Source of the DNA: Blastocatellia bacterium
Lineage (GTDB): Bacteria > Acidobacteriota > Blastocatellia > RBC074
Assembly (NCBI GenBank): GCA_031371805.1
Contig: JANMKB010000441.1
Location: 1 to 42,653, forward strand
Length of the DNA: 42,653 nucleotides
Reading direction: 5' to 3'
Made by a program: the position numbers and the translations under genes
Notes under the pieces: generated by a model
Databases searched by the model: none
What the model saw: only the letters and a program-made list of their open reading frames with translations
Told to the model about the DNA's origin: nothing
Shown: positions 1 through 8,136 of the stretch, piece after piece
How positions within the stretch are numbered: the stretch's first letter is position 1
Layout: each line of letters begins with the position of its first letter

Positions 1-1
1 T

Positions 2-382
2 CAATTGACTGCGCTCGGCCTCGGACAATCAACGTGCATCGGCATTGGCGGCGACCCGATCATTGGGACTTCGCAACGGGACGCGCTGGAGCTTTTCAAC
101 TACGATCCTGACACGCACGCCGTAATCATGATTGGCGAAATCGGCGGCACTGCCGAAGAAGAAGCAGCGGATTACGTCAAAGCCAATATGACCAAACCCG
201 TCGTCGGCTTCATCGCCGGACAAACCGCGCCGCCCGGTCGCCGCATGGGACACGCGGGAGCGATCATCGCCGGAGGCACAGGCACTGCCGCCGAAAAATT
301 CACCGCGATGGAAGCCGCCGGAATTCACATCGTGAAAAGCCCGGCAGAGATGGGTGCGAAGGTCAAAGAAGTTTTAGGGTAA
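2..382 (+). CDS. sucD: succinyl-CoA synthetase alpha subunit, C-terminal part (5' end lies outside the window)
   Basis: The frame is open to the window edge. The translation ...[10 protein letters not shown]...[13 protein letters not shown]...[21 protein letters not shown]... is the conserved SucD C-terminal half, including the phosphohistidine loop MGHAGA. Confidence 0.9.
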   Translation, partial: QLTALGLGQSTCIGIGGDPIIGTSQRDALELFNYDPDTHAVIMIGEIGGTAEEEAADYVKANMTKPVVGFIAGQTAPPGRRMGHAGAIIAGGTGTAAEKFTAMEAAGIHIVKSPAEMGAKVKEVLG

Positions 383-400
383 ACTGCTGGATAAATTTTA

Positions 401-1345
401 ATGGCTAAAATAAAAGGTACGTCTTTACAGCCTTATCCGCGTCGTCAGCCAGATGGTTATTTGGCTGACGATTCTTTATTTCCGCTACCAGAATCTTCCA
501 TTACGGCAGAACAACTTAATGCAGCTATTACCAGAGCTTTTGAGCGTGCATTAAAAAACAAAAGTGGCGAGGAAAAAAAACTCCCACAGTCACCCGAAGA
601 ACTTGTCACACTTTGTTTGCAACATTTGCGTCAACGAAGTGATCCTGTCCTTAGCCCATTCTTTTTTAGCCACTGCGATGTTGATGAAATCTTTGAGTTA
701 GATGCGATTGCCCATGAAATGCAAAGACGCCGCATGAAAATTGGTCTTTTCTATCAATATTTAGTAATTGAACTAATGCGCTACCGCTTTCCGCTGACCT
801 ATGATGGTAAAAAAGAAGGCGATGTTGAAGCTGATATTGATACGCCAAATTTTTCCAGAGGGCTGCGACTATTCATGTCTGTGAAGAAATCTGCGGATAC
901 AGTAGGGGGGCAGGACGTGGGAGGAATGATACGGCGGCTTGAAGCAATGGCAGCAGAAGATAAAAATTTAACCAGACCTTATTTATGTGTCGCCTGCATT
1001 GCCACACCTCCCGGTGGTAAACTTCGCGCCTATACTGATTCACGACTAATGCGGCGCAATAATGAAGGGTATCCATATTCTCCAAATTGTGAGATATGGC
1101 TGCCAGGATTTATTTTTCCCTTTATTTCCGGCCTACAGCCAAAGGATATTTACAAAGCAGCATTTGCAAAAGTAGGTGAATTTTTGCCATTTTATGCACT
1201 TTCCCAACGTAAAGAATGTGCAGCCTTGTTGACACAAGAACTTAATAAACTTGGATTGGTAGATGAAAATACTGGTAAAATTGCTCCTGCTAAATTTCAG
1301 GCGTATATCAGTCAAATGACCATTAAAAAGGAAAAGCTAAAATGA
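401..1345 (+). CDS. hypothetical protein, candidate type II restriction endonuclease partner of the adjacent methyltransferase
   Basis: 314-aa ORF whose stop overlaps the methyltransferase start by 4 nt (ATGA at 1342-1345). It is visibly AT-richer than sucD. There is a possible PD-(D/E)XK-like core (GDVEADID ... FMSVKKS). No family was recognised with certainty. Confidence 0.45.
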   Translation: MAKIKGTSLQPYPRRQPDGYLADDSLFPLPESSITAEQLNAAITRAFERALKNKSGEEKKLPQSPEELVTLCLQHLRQRSDPVLSPFFFSHCDVDEIFELDAIAHEMQRRRMKIGLFYQYLVIELMRYRFPLTYDGKKEGDVEADIDTPNFSRGLRLFMSVKKSADTVGGQDVGGMIRRLEAMAAEDKNLTRPYLCVACIATPPGGKLRAYTDSRLMRRNNEGYPYSPNCEIWLPGFIFPFISGLQPKDIYKAAFAKVGEFLPFYALSQRKECAALLTQELNKLGLVDENTGKIAPAKFQAYISQMTIKKEKLK

Positions 1346-2256
1346 CGCTTCCATCACTCAAAACTACGCTGAGAAAAGTAGATGCTACCTGCACCGTGAT
1401 TCAGGGAGACAGTCGCAATGAATTACAGGATTTCGCTGATCAGGTAGATTTAATTGTTACCTCGCCACCTTATGCCGATGCACGGCGCAAGCATTATGAC
1501 AGCGTTCATCCTGATAAATTTGTTGAGTGGTTTCTGACTTTTCATGAGCCATTTTTCAAGGCGCTAAAACCGGAAGGCAGCTTAGTCATCAATATCAAAG
1601 ACAAAGTAATTGATGGTGTCCGGCATCGTTATGTGTGGCGGATGATGGACGCATTGTGTGATCAAGGCTGGCTCGCGATTGAAGATTATATCTGGCATAA
1701 AACAAACCCAATGCCGGGAGCTTGGCCTTCACGATTAAGCGACGGCTGGGAATATTGTTTTCATCTGGCAAAATCCAAACGCCCTTATTTCAACGCCGAT
1801 GCAGTACGCAAACCGATTGGCGATTGGGTTGAGTCACGTTTACGAAAATTAGGTGGGAACGATTTGAGCCGTCACAATTCTGTCAATGAAAGTGGCTTTG
1901 GGCGTGATATTTCCAAGTGGGTTGGCAAGCAAACGGTTTTACCTTCCAACGTCATCAGCCGCGCACTGGTCGGCAAAAACAAAAATCATCCTGCCGTGTT
2001 CCCGGTTGATTTACCACTATTTTTTATCAAGCTTCTCTCACCCGAAAATGGTTTAGTCGTTGATCCATTTGGCGGCAGTGGCTCGACTGGCATTGCTGCG
2101 CTCTCGGTCGGGCGTGACTGTGTTTTGATTGATAACAACCCGCAATATTGTCAGGCAGCGATTAAAAGATTACGTGAAGAAGCGATGGCGCAGGATCGTG
2201 AATTAATCCCTGCGCAACGCACGCTTTATGAAGTCATACAAGGAAAAGATTCATGA
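1342..2256 (+). CDS. DNA methyltransferase, beta-class amino-methyltransferase (N4-cytosine or N6-adenine)
   Basis: Catalytic motif IV SPPY (nt 1462-1473) lies N-terminal to the AdoMet motif I, DPFGGSGSTGIAA. This order defines the beta group. SPPY rather than DPPY leans towards m4C. Confidence 0.85.
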   Translation: MTLPSLKTTLRKVDATCTVIQGDSRNELQDFADQVDLIVTSPPYADARRKHYDSVHPDKFVEWFLTFHEPFFKALKPEGSLVINIKDKVIDGVRHRYVWRMMDALCDQGWLAIEDYIWHKTNPMPGAWPSRLSDGWEYCFHLAKSKRPYFNADAVRKPIGDWVESRLRKLGGNDLSRHNSVNESGFGRDISKWVGKQTVLPSNVISRALVGKNKNHPAVFPVDLPLFFIKLLSPENGLVVDPFGGSGSTGIAALSVGRDCVLIDNNPQYCQAAIKRLREEAMAQDRELIPAQRTLYEVIQGKDS

Positions 2257-3362
2257 CACACGCCACAACCGCAGGCACAGCCGCATATCGCAATCGTTTT
2301 GCTGACACTCTTGCAGGAGGACATTTTCGCCAGGCGCAGGATTTATGGATGTCTTCGCTGGGGCTGGGTTCATATCTTGGTGAAACCGATGCTCGCACGG
2401 ATGAAGGCTACAGGGCGGCGGTCAAACGGACTTTTGATTTGGGCTGCAATGTGTTTGATACGGCGTCGAATTATCGGTTGGGACGCAGCGAGAAAAATTT
2501 TGGCGCGGCGTTTGCCGAATTAACGGCGGCAGGCAAACTGGCACGTGAAGAAATTATCGTCACGACTAAAGGTGGCTATTTGCCCTTTGAAAACGGGATG
2601 CCACGCACTCAGCAGGAATTCGTCGCGTATCTCGAAAATACTTTTGTTAATCCAGGCATCTGTAGCCTCACGGATTTTGTGCAGGGTTCGCATTGTATGA
2701 CGCCGGGCTTTTTGCAAAACCAGCTCAGCAACAGCCTGCGCAATTTGCAGCTTGATTGCATTGATGTTTATTACCTGCACAATCCCGAATCACAATTTGC
2801 CGAAGTCACAAACGACGAATTTTATGCTCGCTTACGTGCGGCCTTTGAATTTCTTGAAATCGCTGTGGTCAGCGGAAAAATTAAAATGTATGGAACCGCC
2901 ACCTGGAACGGCTATCGCACCAGTTCCCAAAGCGGTGATCATCTTTCACTCGAAAAAATCGCAGCCACTGCCCGCGAAGTCGCAGGCGAGGATCATCATT
3001 TCAGAGTCGTGCAATTGCCCTTCAATTTGGCCATGACCGAAGCCCTGACGCTCGGCAATCAAACTGTAAAAGGGCAGGCGTTGTCCGTGCTGGAAGCGGC
3101 GAAAGATCTAGGAATTACAGTGATGGCGAGCGCTTCGATGTTTCAGGCAAGACTGGCTTCGGGCCTGCCGCCAGTTGTGAGCGAAGCGTTTCCCGGCTTA
3201 CAAACCGACGCCCAGCGAGCGATTCAATTTACACGTTCGACGCCGGGCATCACGACGGCATTGATCGGCATGAGCCAAGTCGCCCACGTCGAAGAAAATC
3301 TTGCCGTCGCACAAATCAATCCGGCGACAGAGGCTGAATTTTTGCAGTTGTTCGCACAATAA
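2253..3362 (+). CDS. aldo/keto reductase family oxidoreductase
   Basis: 369 aa with AKR hallmarks (FDTASNY, GRSEK, ...IDVYYLHNPE...). The start overlaps the methyltransferase stop (ATGA at 2253-2256). Confidence 0.85.
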   Translation: MTHATTAGTAAYRNRFADTLAGGHFRQAQDLWMSSLGLGSYLGETDARTDEGYRAAVKRTFDLGCNVFDTASNYRLGRSEKNFGAAFAELTAAGKLAREEIIVTTKGGYLPFENGMPRTQQEFVAYLENTFVNPGICSLTDFVQGSHCMTPGFLQNQLSNSLRNLQLDCIDVYYLHNPESQFAEVTNDEFYARLRAAFEFLEIAVVSGKIKMYGTATWNGYRTSSQSGDHLSLEKIAATAREVAGEDHHFRVVQLPFNLAMTEALTLGNQTVKGQALSVLEAAKDLGITVMASASMFQARLASGLPPVVSEAFPGLQTDAQRAIQFTRSTPGITTALIGMSQVAHVEENLAVAQINPATEAEFLQLFAQ

Positions 3363-3367
3363 AATTC

Positions 3368-4405
3368 TCACCACAGCTTCCATTTTTTCGGCTCTGGTTT
3401 GGCTGGAGTTGTTGCGTCTTCCACGACATTTTTTTCTTTCTCAACTGGCCTGGCGCGAAATGGCGTGAAGCGTTTTTGTAATCCATGTTTTTCAATCAGC
3501 GCCCGCACCCTTTGTTTACAGGCCGCGCATTTGACCGGATCAACCATCAATAAATAATTTGCAAACCCATTCAGCGAAGCCAGAACGTCTATGGACGAGT
3601 GCTAGGCTTTTCCTTCTGGCCCATCTTTTTCAATTTGAAACAACACGGCGCGAAAGCGTTTCAGCACTTTGCGATCAATGCTCAATTTTTGGTTGACGAC
3701 AATGCCTGTCACTTCCTGTTGGCGGGCGCGGCGTAACACTCTGGTTTTCGCGGGATGAATTTCCAGGCCTTCGTGCGCGACAATCGCGGCGGTTTTCTGT
3801 AAGACATTGCAAATATTTTTTTTGCTCTCGCCCGAAGTCGAAAACGTCAAATCATCCGCATAGCGCCTGTACACAAAGCCCATCTCGTCAGCCATATTTT
3901 GCAATCGGCAATCCAACCGATGACATAAAATAATTGTAATCGCGGGGCGGGTCGGAGCGCCTTGTGACAAATGCCGCTCACTTATCGCGACAAAATAATT
4001 TTTGCCATCAAGCGTAACTTTTTCGACTTCGGGTTCAGAGCAAAGCAACCCGAAAATTGCGGCGATGATTTGTGCGATCAACGATTTGGCGGCATCGTCC
4101 GGCAACGCAGAAGAGCGCAACAAATTCCGTGCAAATTCGCGTGTGTCCTCGAATGGGCTTGTGACTAATAGCAACAAAAATTGCTTATCGCTAAGGAAAG
4201 GATTGCGGCCTGCGTCAATCCAACGATGTGCCTGTTCATGGGCTTCGTCATTCTGTGCAAAGACGCGTTTGGGTGGCGGTGATGCGCCGCCTTCGGTATG
4301 CACAACGCGATAGCCTTTTTTCGTTTTCTCGTTGCCCAGTGCAGCAAACGCTTTGTCCGCCTCAGTTCGTTTGACAGGCGAGGTAGTCTTTGTCCCTTCT
4401 TTCAA
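3368..4405 (-). pseudogene. retron/defence-type reverse transcriptase-like gene interrupted by in-frame TAG codons (probable pseudogene)
   Basis: The 267-aa ORF 3602-4405 carries LSQGAPTRP (motif B'), RYADDLTFS (YADD at 3851-3862) and QEVTGIVVNQ (VTG motif of retron-like RTs). The motif-A position reads LLLLVTSPFED, with no aspartate. The TAG at 3602-3604 is followed in the same frame by a thumb-like continuation (LNGFANYLLMVDP..., through ORF 3368-3550). A second in-frame TAG lies at 4424-4426, upstream. Confidence 0.6.
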
Positions 4406-4647
4406 ATTCGCGCCATGCCGCCCCTAACGAAAATTAACGACATAAGTGTCTGCGCCAACTTCGCACAAATCTATCTTGTAAACTTTGTCAAAATTACCTT
4501 CACGAAAATGCAGTGAGGTTTGCTGAATCAGTTTCATCACGCAAGAAATAAGGGAGAGGAAACATTGACTTAGCTGGGTCAATTTGCGAGGCGTCATCAC
4601 CCTGCAATCCATTTTTTTCTCAAGCGAAATTTTTGCGAAATTTTCCC

Positions 4648-5103
4648 TTAACGAGGCAGCAATGAATGAGGTGACGGACGATGAACATAAACGGTATTGC
4701 CTTCGATCCGATCAATTTTTACGGACTCGCCAACTTGCAACGGCGCTTCATCGTCCATCGGAATCGCTGTCCAGACTGATCCAAAAGCTCTGATCGCGGC
4801 TTCATTGCGTGTCCCCTGGCTTGGCTCAACGACTTGTACGATTTCTCCAATCATAATTTCGACGCCGGTTTTAAGGGCTTTGCGTCGGCTGATGAATTTT
4901 TCAAGAATTGTTCGTGAGGCAATGACCAGGGAAACCGAAATGGCGAGAAAAATAATGATTTGCGCGGACACGTTATGCAAGCCAAGCAAGGCCAGCAATG
5001 CTGTAACGCCTGCCCCAATGCCAAACCACAGCAAAAAGAAACCCGTCGTGGCGACTTCGCCAGCCATCAGTAATGCCGCAATCACGAGCCAGATAATCCA
5101 CAT
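4648..5103 (-). CDS. NfeD-family membrane protein
   Basis: 151 aa. The N-terminal half is hydrophobic helices (WIIWLVIAALLMAGE..., FLLWFGIGAGVTALLALLG...). The C-terminus is an NfeD-type OB segment (GEIVQVVEP...GSVWTAIPMDDEAPLQVGESVKIDRIEGNTVYV). Confidence 0.65.
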   Translation of the reverse strand: MWIIWLVIAALLMAGEVATTGFFLLWFGIGAGVTALLALLGLHNVSAQIIIFLAISVSLVIASRTILEKFISRRKALKTGVEIMIGEIVQVVEPSQGTRNEAAIRAFGSVWTAIPMDDEAPLQVGESVKIDRIEGNTVYVHRPSPHSLLPR

Positions 5104-5237
5104 ATAAAATCAATCCTCACGCAAGCGGCATGCTATGACAGGGACAGACCTCGCACAAGAAAATTTGGCGGACGGGCAGTTATTCTCCAGGCATTTTTCC
5201 TGTGCTACTATGTACTCGTTTTTTATTTGAGGAAAAT

Positions 5238-5798
5238 ATGAGCGCATTATTAGCCAGACGACCATTCACGACTACGGAATATTATAAGCTGCTCGAAACA
5301 GGTTTTTTCACCGAAGACGACCGTGTTGAGTTGCTTGATGGAGAAATAATTACGATGTCACCAATTGGTCCCCGACATGCCGCCAGCGTGAAAAGATTAA
5401 TCGCTTTTCTTAATCGGAAAATTTCTGCGGATGTATTAATTGGAGCGCAAGACCCGATTCATCTCAATCAATACTCTGCGCCACAACCAGATATTTCTAT
5501 TCTTAAATTCCACGCTGATTATTACGCCAGTGGTCATCCTGAGCCGGAAGACATTCTTATTGCCGTTGAAGTGGCCGATAGTTCCGTTGATTATGACCGC
5601 CAAATCAAATTTCCCAAATATGCGCAGGCAGGCATCCCTGAAGCGTGGCTGGTGGATTTGGTCAATGATCGCATTGAAATTCATGCGCTGCCGAATGAAG
5701 GGATTTATCAGGAAGTTCGCATTGTCCTCCGCCATCAGAAAATCATTTCCCGCATCCTGCCGCAATTGAAACTGAAAGCAGAAGATATCCTCGGCTAA
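5238..5798 (+). CDS. Uma2-family (DUF820) putative endonuclease
   Basis: TTEYYKLLETGFF...RVELLDGEIITMSP...PDISIL...IAVEV.D.S...D...K...YA.AGIPE.W is the Uma2 pattern. ATG 5238 is preceded by GAGGA. The upstream TTG extension at 5202 is unsupported. Confidence 0.8.
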   Translation: MSALLARRPFTTTEYYKLLETGFFTEDDRVELLDGEIITMSPIGPRHAASVKRLIAFLNRKISADVLIGAQDPIHLNQYSAPQPDISILKFHADYYASGHPEPEDILIAVEVADSSVDYDRQIKFPKYAQAGIPEAWLVDLVNDRIEIHALPNEGIYQEVRIVLRHQKIISRILPQLKLKAEDILG

Positions 5799-6601
5799 GC
5801 ATTCGCCACCATTGCAAGTTTGATTTTATCGGCGGCGGCTAAGGTTTGCTCTCGATCAAAAATTAACGTCTTATCCGCCGTCACCGACATCGCTGTCACA
5901 TTACATTCCTGGATCGTCGTCATCGTCTTCAGCCCAATTACTGGCACATCAAATCGCATGTCCTGATTTGGCTTGGCGACTTTAATCACGGTCAATGGAC
6001 GCCCGCGTACCAATTCCGCCGCACGTCGAATGGTTGCGTCTGTGCCTTCCATGGCTTCGAGCGCAACGACTGCCTGATTTTTCACAGCGATAGTTTGACC
6101 GAGGTCGAGCCGCGCTAATTCATGCGCGACGTGCAAGCCGTATTCGATGTCGGCAATTTCATTTTTATTCGGAGTGCGTTTTGTGAGTGTTCCAGTCCGT
6201 GCCAGCAATGGTTGCAAAAACGTCGTCGAGTCAATCAGGGTGATGCCTTCGCTGGCAAGTTCATCGGCTACAGCGCCAAGCAGTGCATCCGTATTGCGAC
6301 GCTTGAGCCGCGCCAACATCTTTGCCATCCGCAAATCCGGCAGCGCATTCAACTTGAAAATCTGGACGTGTTTGACCTGCCCCGCCATCATCACGTGCGT
6401 GACATTTTCGCGCCTGAAAAATTTGATGAGCCTGCCCAGTTGCCCAACGCTGACCGATTCAAATGTTGAGGCAAACGAACTGAGATTTTTGTCCGCCTCT
6501 TCGCTGATCGCAGCCACCGCTAATTCGACTCCTTCCGCACGTGCACCATCAAGCACGAGAAAGGGGAAACGTCCGTTGCCTGCGATGATTCCGTATTTCA
6601 T
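5795..6601 (-). CDS. lpxI: UDP-2,3-diacylglucosamine diphosphatase LpxI (DUF1009)
   Basis: IIAGNGRFPF N-terminus, LDLGQTIAVKNQAVVALEAMEGTDATIRRA and VKVAKPNQDMRFDVPVIGLKT match the LpxI family pattern. Confidence 0.8.
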   Translation of the reverse strand: MKYGIIAGNGRFPFLVLDGARAEGVELAVAAISEEADKNLSSFASTFESVSVGQLGRLIKFFRRENVTHVMMAGQVKHVQIFKLNALPDLRMAKMLARLKRRNTDALLGAVADELASEGITLIDSTTFLQPLLARTGTLTKRTPNKNEIADIEYGLHVAHELARLDLGQTIAVKNQAVVALEAMEGTDATIRRAAELVRGRPLTVIKVAKPNQDMRFDVPVIGLKTMTTIQECNVTAMSVTADKTLIFDREQTLAAADKIKLAMVANA

Positions 6602-6995
6602 ATTTCAGCCTCTGATAAAAGTACCACCTAATCACTCATTTTAGCAGTGTCTGGCAAATCTCAGGTTAAAGAGATGCACCTATGGTATTTTCTGGTGAAA
6701 TATTTATTTTGTGTTTTATTGCCAAGACTGAATATGATCCAGGACGGGAATGATAAGTTGGCAATGATGAGGTAGTTCGACTTTCGATTAATTAGCGGCG
6801 TTGTTGCACGAATCCAAGCGCGTGTTTCGGTACAAGGCGATCTGTGGAGCCCACTTAAGGACGCGCAAACTGGAAAACCAATTCAACGAAATGTTTATTA
6901 AATGTGCGCTCCTCAATCGGATGACGCACCTCGGCATGCCGGACAGTTACAAGGTCACCGGCTGAAAGAAAGTCTTTCCGTCAAGGGCTCGGCAT

Positions 6996-7717
6996 TTATG
7001 CAACAACGTCACGCAAGTCTGTTGAGCGTAATATGCCCTGCTTTACCCAGAATACTTCTTCAGCCTGAATACTATAACCGTGTTTTGTTTTCGGAAGATC
7101 AATACTTATTGATGGCATTGAAGATAAAGGTAGTACATTATGAGAAACATCGCCACGCAGCTTGCAAGATATTGACCTAACCATGTTCGAGAATGAATTC
7201 TGAACACCAGCTTGACGACGTTCCTGGTCGCTCCATCTGTGCCCATAAGTATTTATTCTATCAAACACATCATTAACTTCCACATCGGAGCCTTCCTCAT
7301 CACTGATAAAGCTAGAGTATAATCTAGTAAGATACTGATTTCTTTCACTGTCAGAAACGGACCATTCTTCTTATCTTCGAATAGAGCATCGTCGGCATTT
7401 TTCTTTGCAGTTGGGAAGTTATTGACATTGAAATATCGACTTTCCAGATCGGCGAACAAATTCTCGATAAACGATAGTATGGCCTGAAGTCTTTGTAACC
7501 CGTCAATGATTTCATATGTTCCTGGTTCACCATCACGTTCGGCTATCAGAATAGCTGGAATAGAGTATTTCTTTAATATTGATTCGATGAGTTTTTGTTT
7601 TTCGGTCAGCGTCCAAACAAGTTTTCTCTGATACTTTCTATTTACGAATAACTTGTCCTCTCTGTACATCAAGTATAGAGATTGTATTGAGGTTGGTAGA
7701 GATATTAGTTCTGCCAT
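6996..7717 (-). pseudogene. DUF262 (ParB/GmrSD N-terminal-like) protein, frameshifted and C-terminally truncated
   Basis: ORF 7253-7717 has YQRKLVW...IPAILIAE...IIDGLQRLQAI (DUF262 core). The expected next conserved block (FDRINTYGHR.SDQE) is in another frame, in ORF 6996-7283. No nuclease C-terminal domain follows. Confidence 0.7.
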
Positions 7718-8136
7718 AATATTGTTATTGGAAGATATAGATTTTGCTAACTAACAAATAATTCTACGACCGGAAAGTCATACAACTTCACGACATTTAG
7801 CCAATAGAACTTGATCTGTGAAAGCTACGCTTCACAAATCAATTAATCCTTAATTGCTATCCAGGATCAAAACAGTACGGGGCTGTGAGATTTTGCTGAA
7901 GGCGCATCTTAGCAGTTTTTTATTTCCGGCAATAGAAATTTAGTTTCGAGTTTCGGGTTTTGCGTTTTGAACACGAGTTCACCAACCAGGAATATACCTA
8001 TTGATGGATTTACGGGCATAGCCCAAAACAGAGAAAGTATCTCCTCGGTTGTGGCTATGCCCAACCGACCAGCAGTTTTTTAGGCGATTTGATCCAAATC
8101 ACGCGCTATAAAAATTTCAATTTTTGCTTGCCTAAC

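Noticed and set aside
4424-4612. 62-aa ORF upstream of, and in frame with, the RT relic.
   Set aside because: It has no RT fingers motifs or any other recognisable features. It may just be an open stretch. It is mentioned only because it shares the frame.
4406-4647. Retron msr/msd ncRNA upstream of the RT-like frame.
   Set aside because: The only pairing is a weak A/T-rich 8-9-nt complementarity (AAATTTCGC versus GCGAATTT), plus short 4-6-bp local stems. I saw no convincing a1/a2 repeats and no long msd stem. It is kept as a hypothesis inside the RT finding, not annotated as a feature.
7895-8082. Two hairpins with T-runs in the 420-nt spacer 7718-8136: TGCTGAAG...CTTAGCA+T6 near 7895-7925, and GGGCATAGCC...GGCTATGCCC at 8014-8062.
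   Set aside because: No plus-strand gene or recognisable RNA family lies upstream for them to terminate. They could be leftovers of the degraded region. Not enough evidence for an sRNA call.
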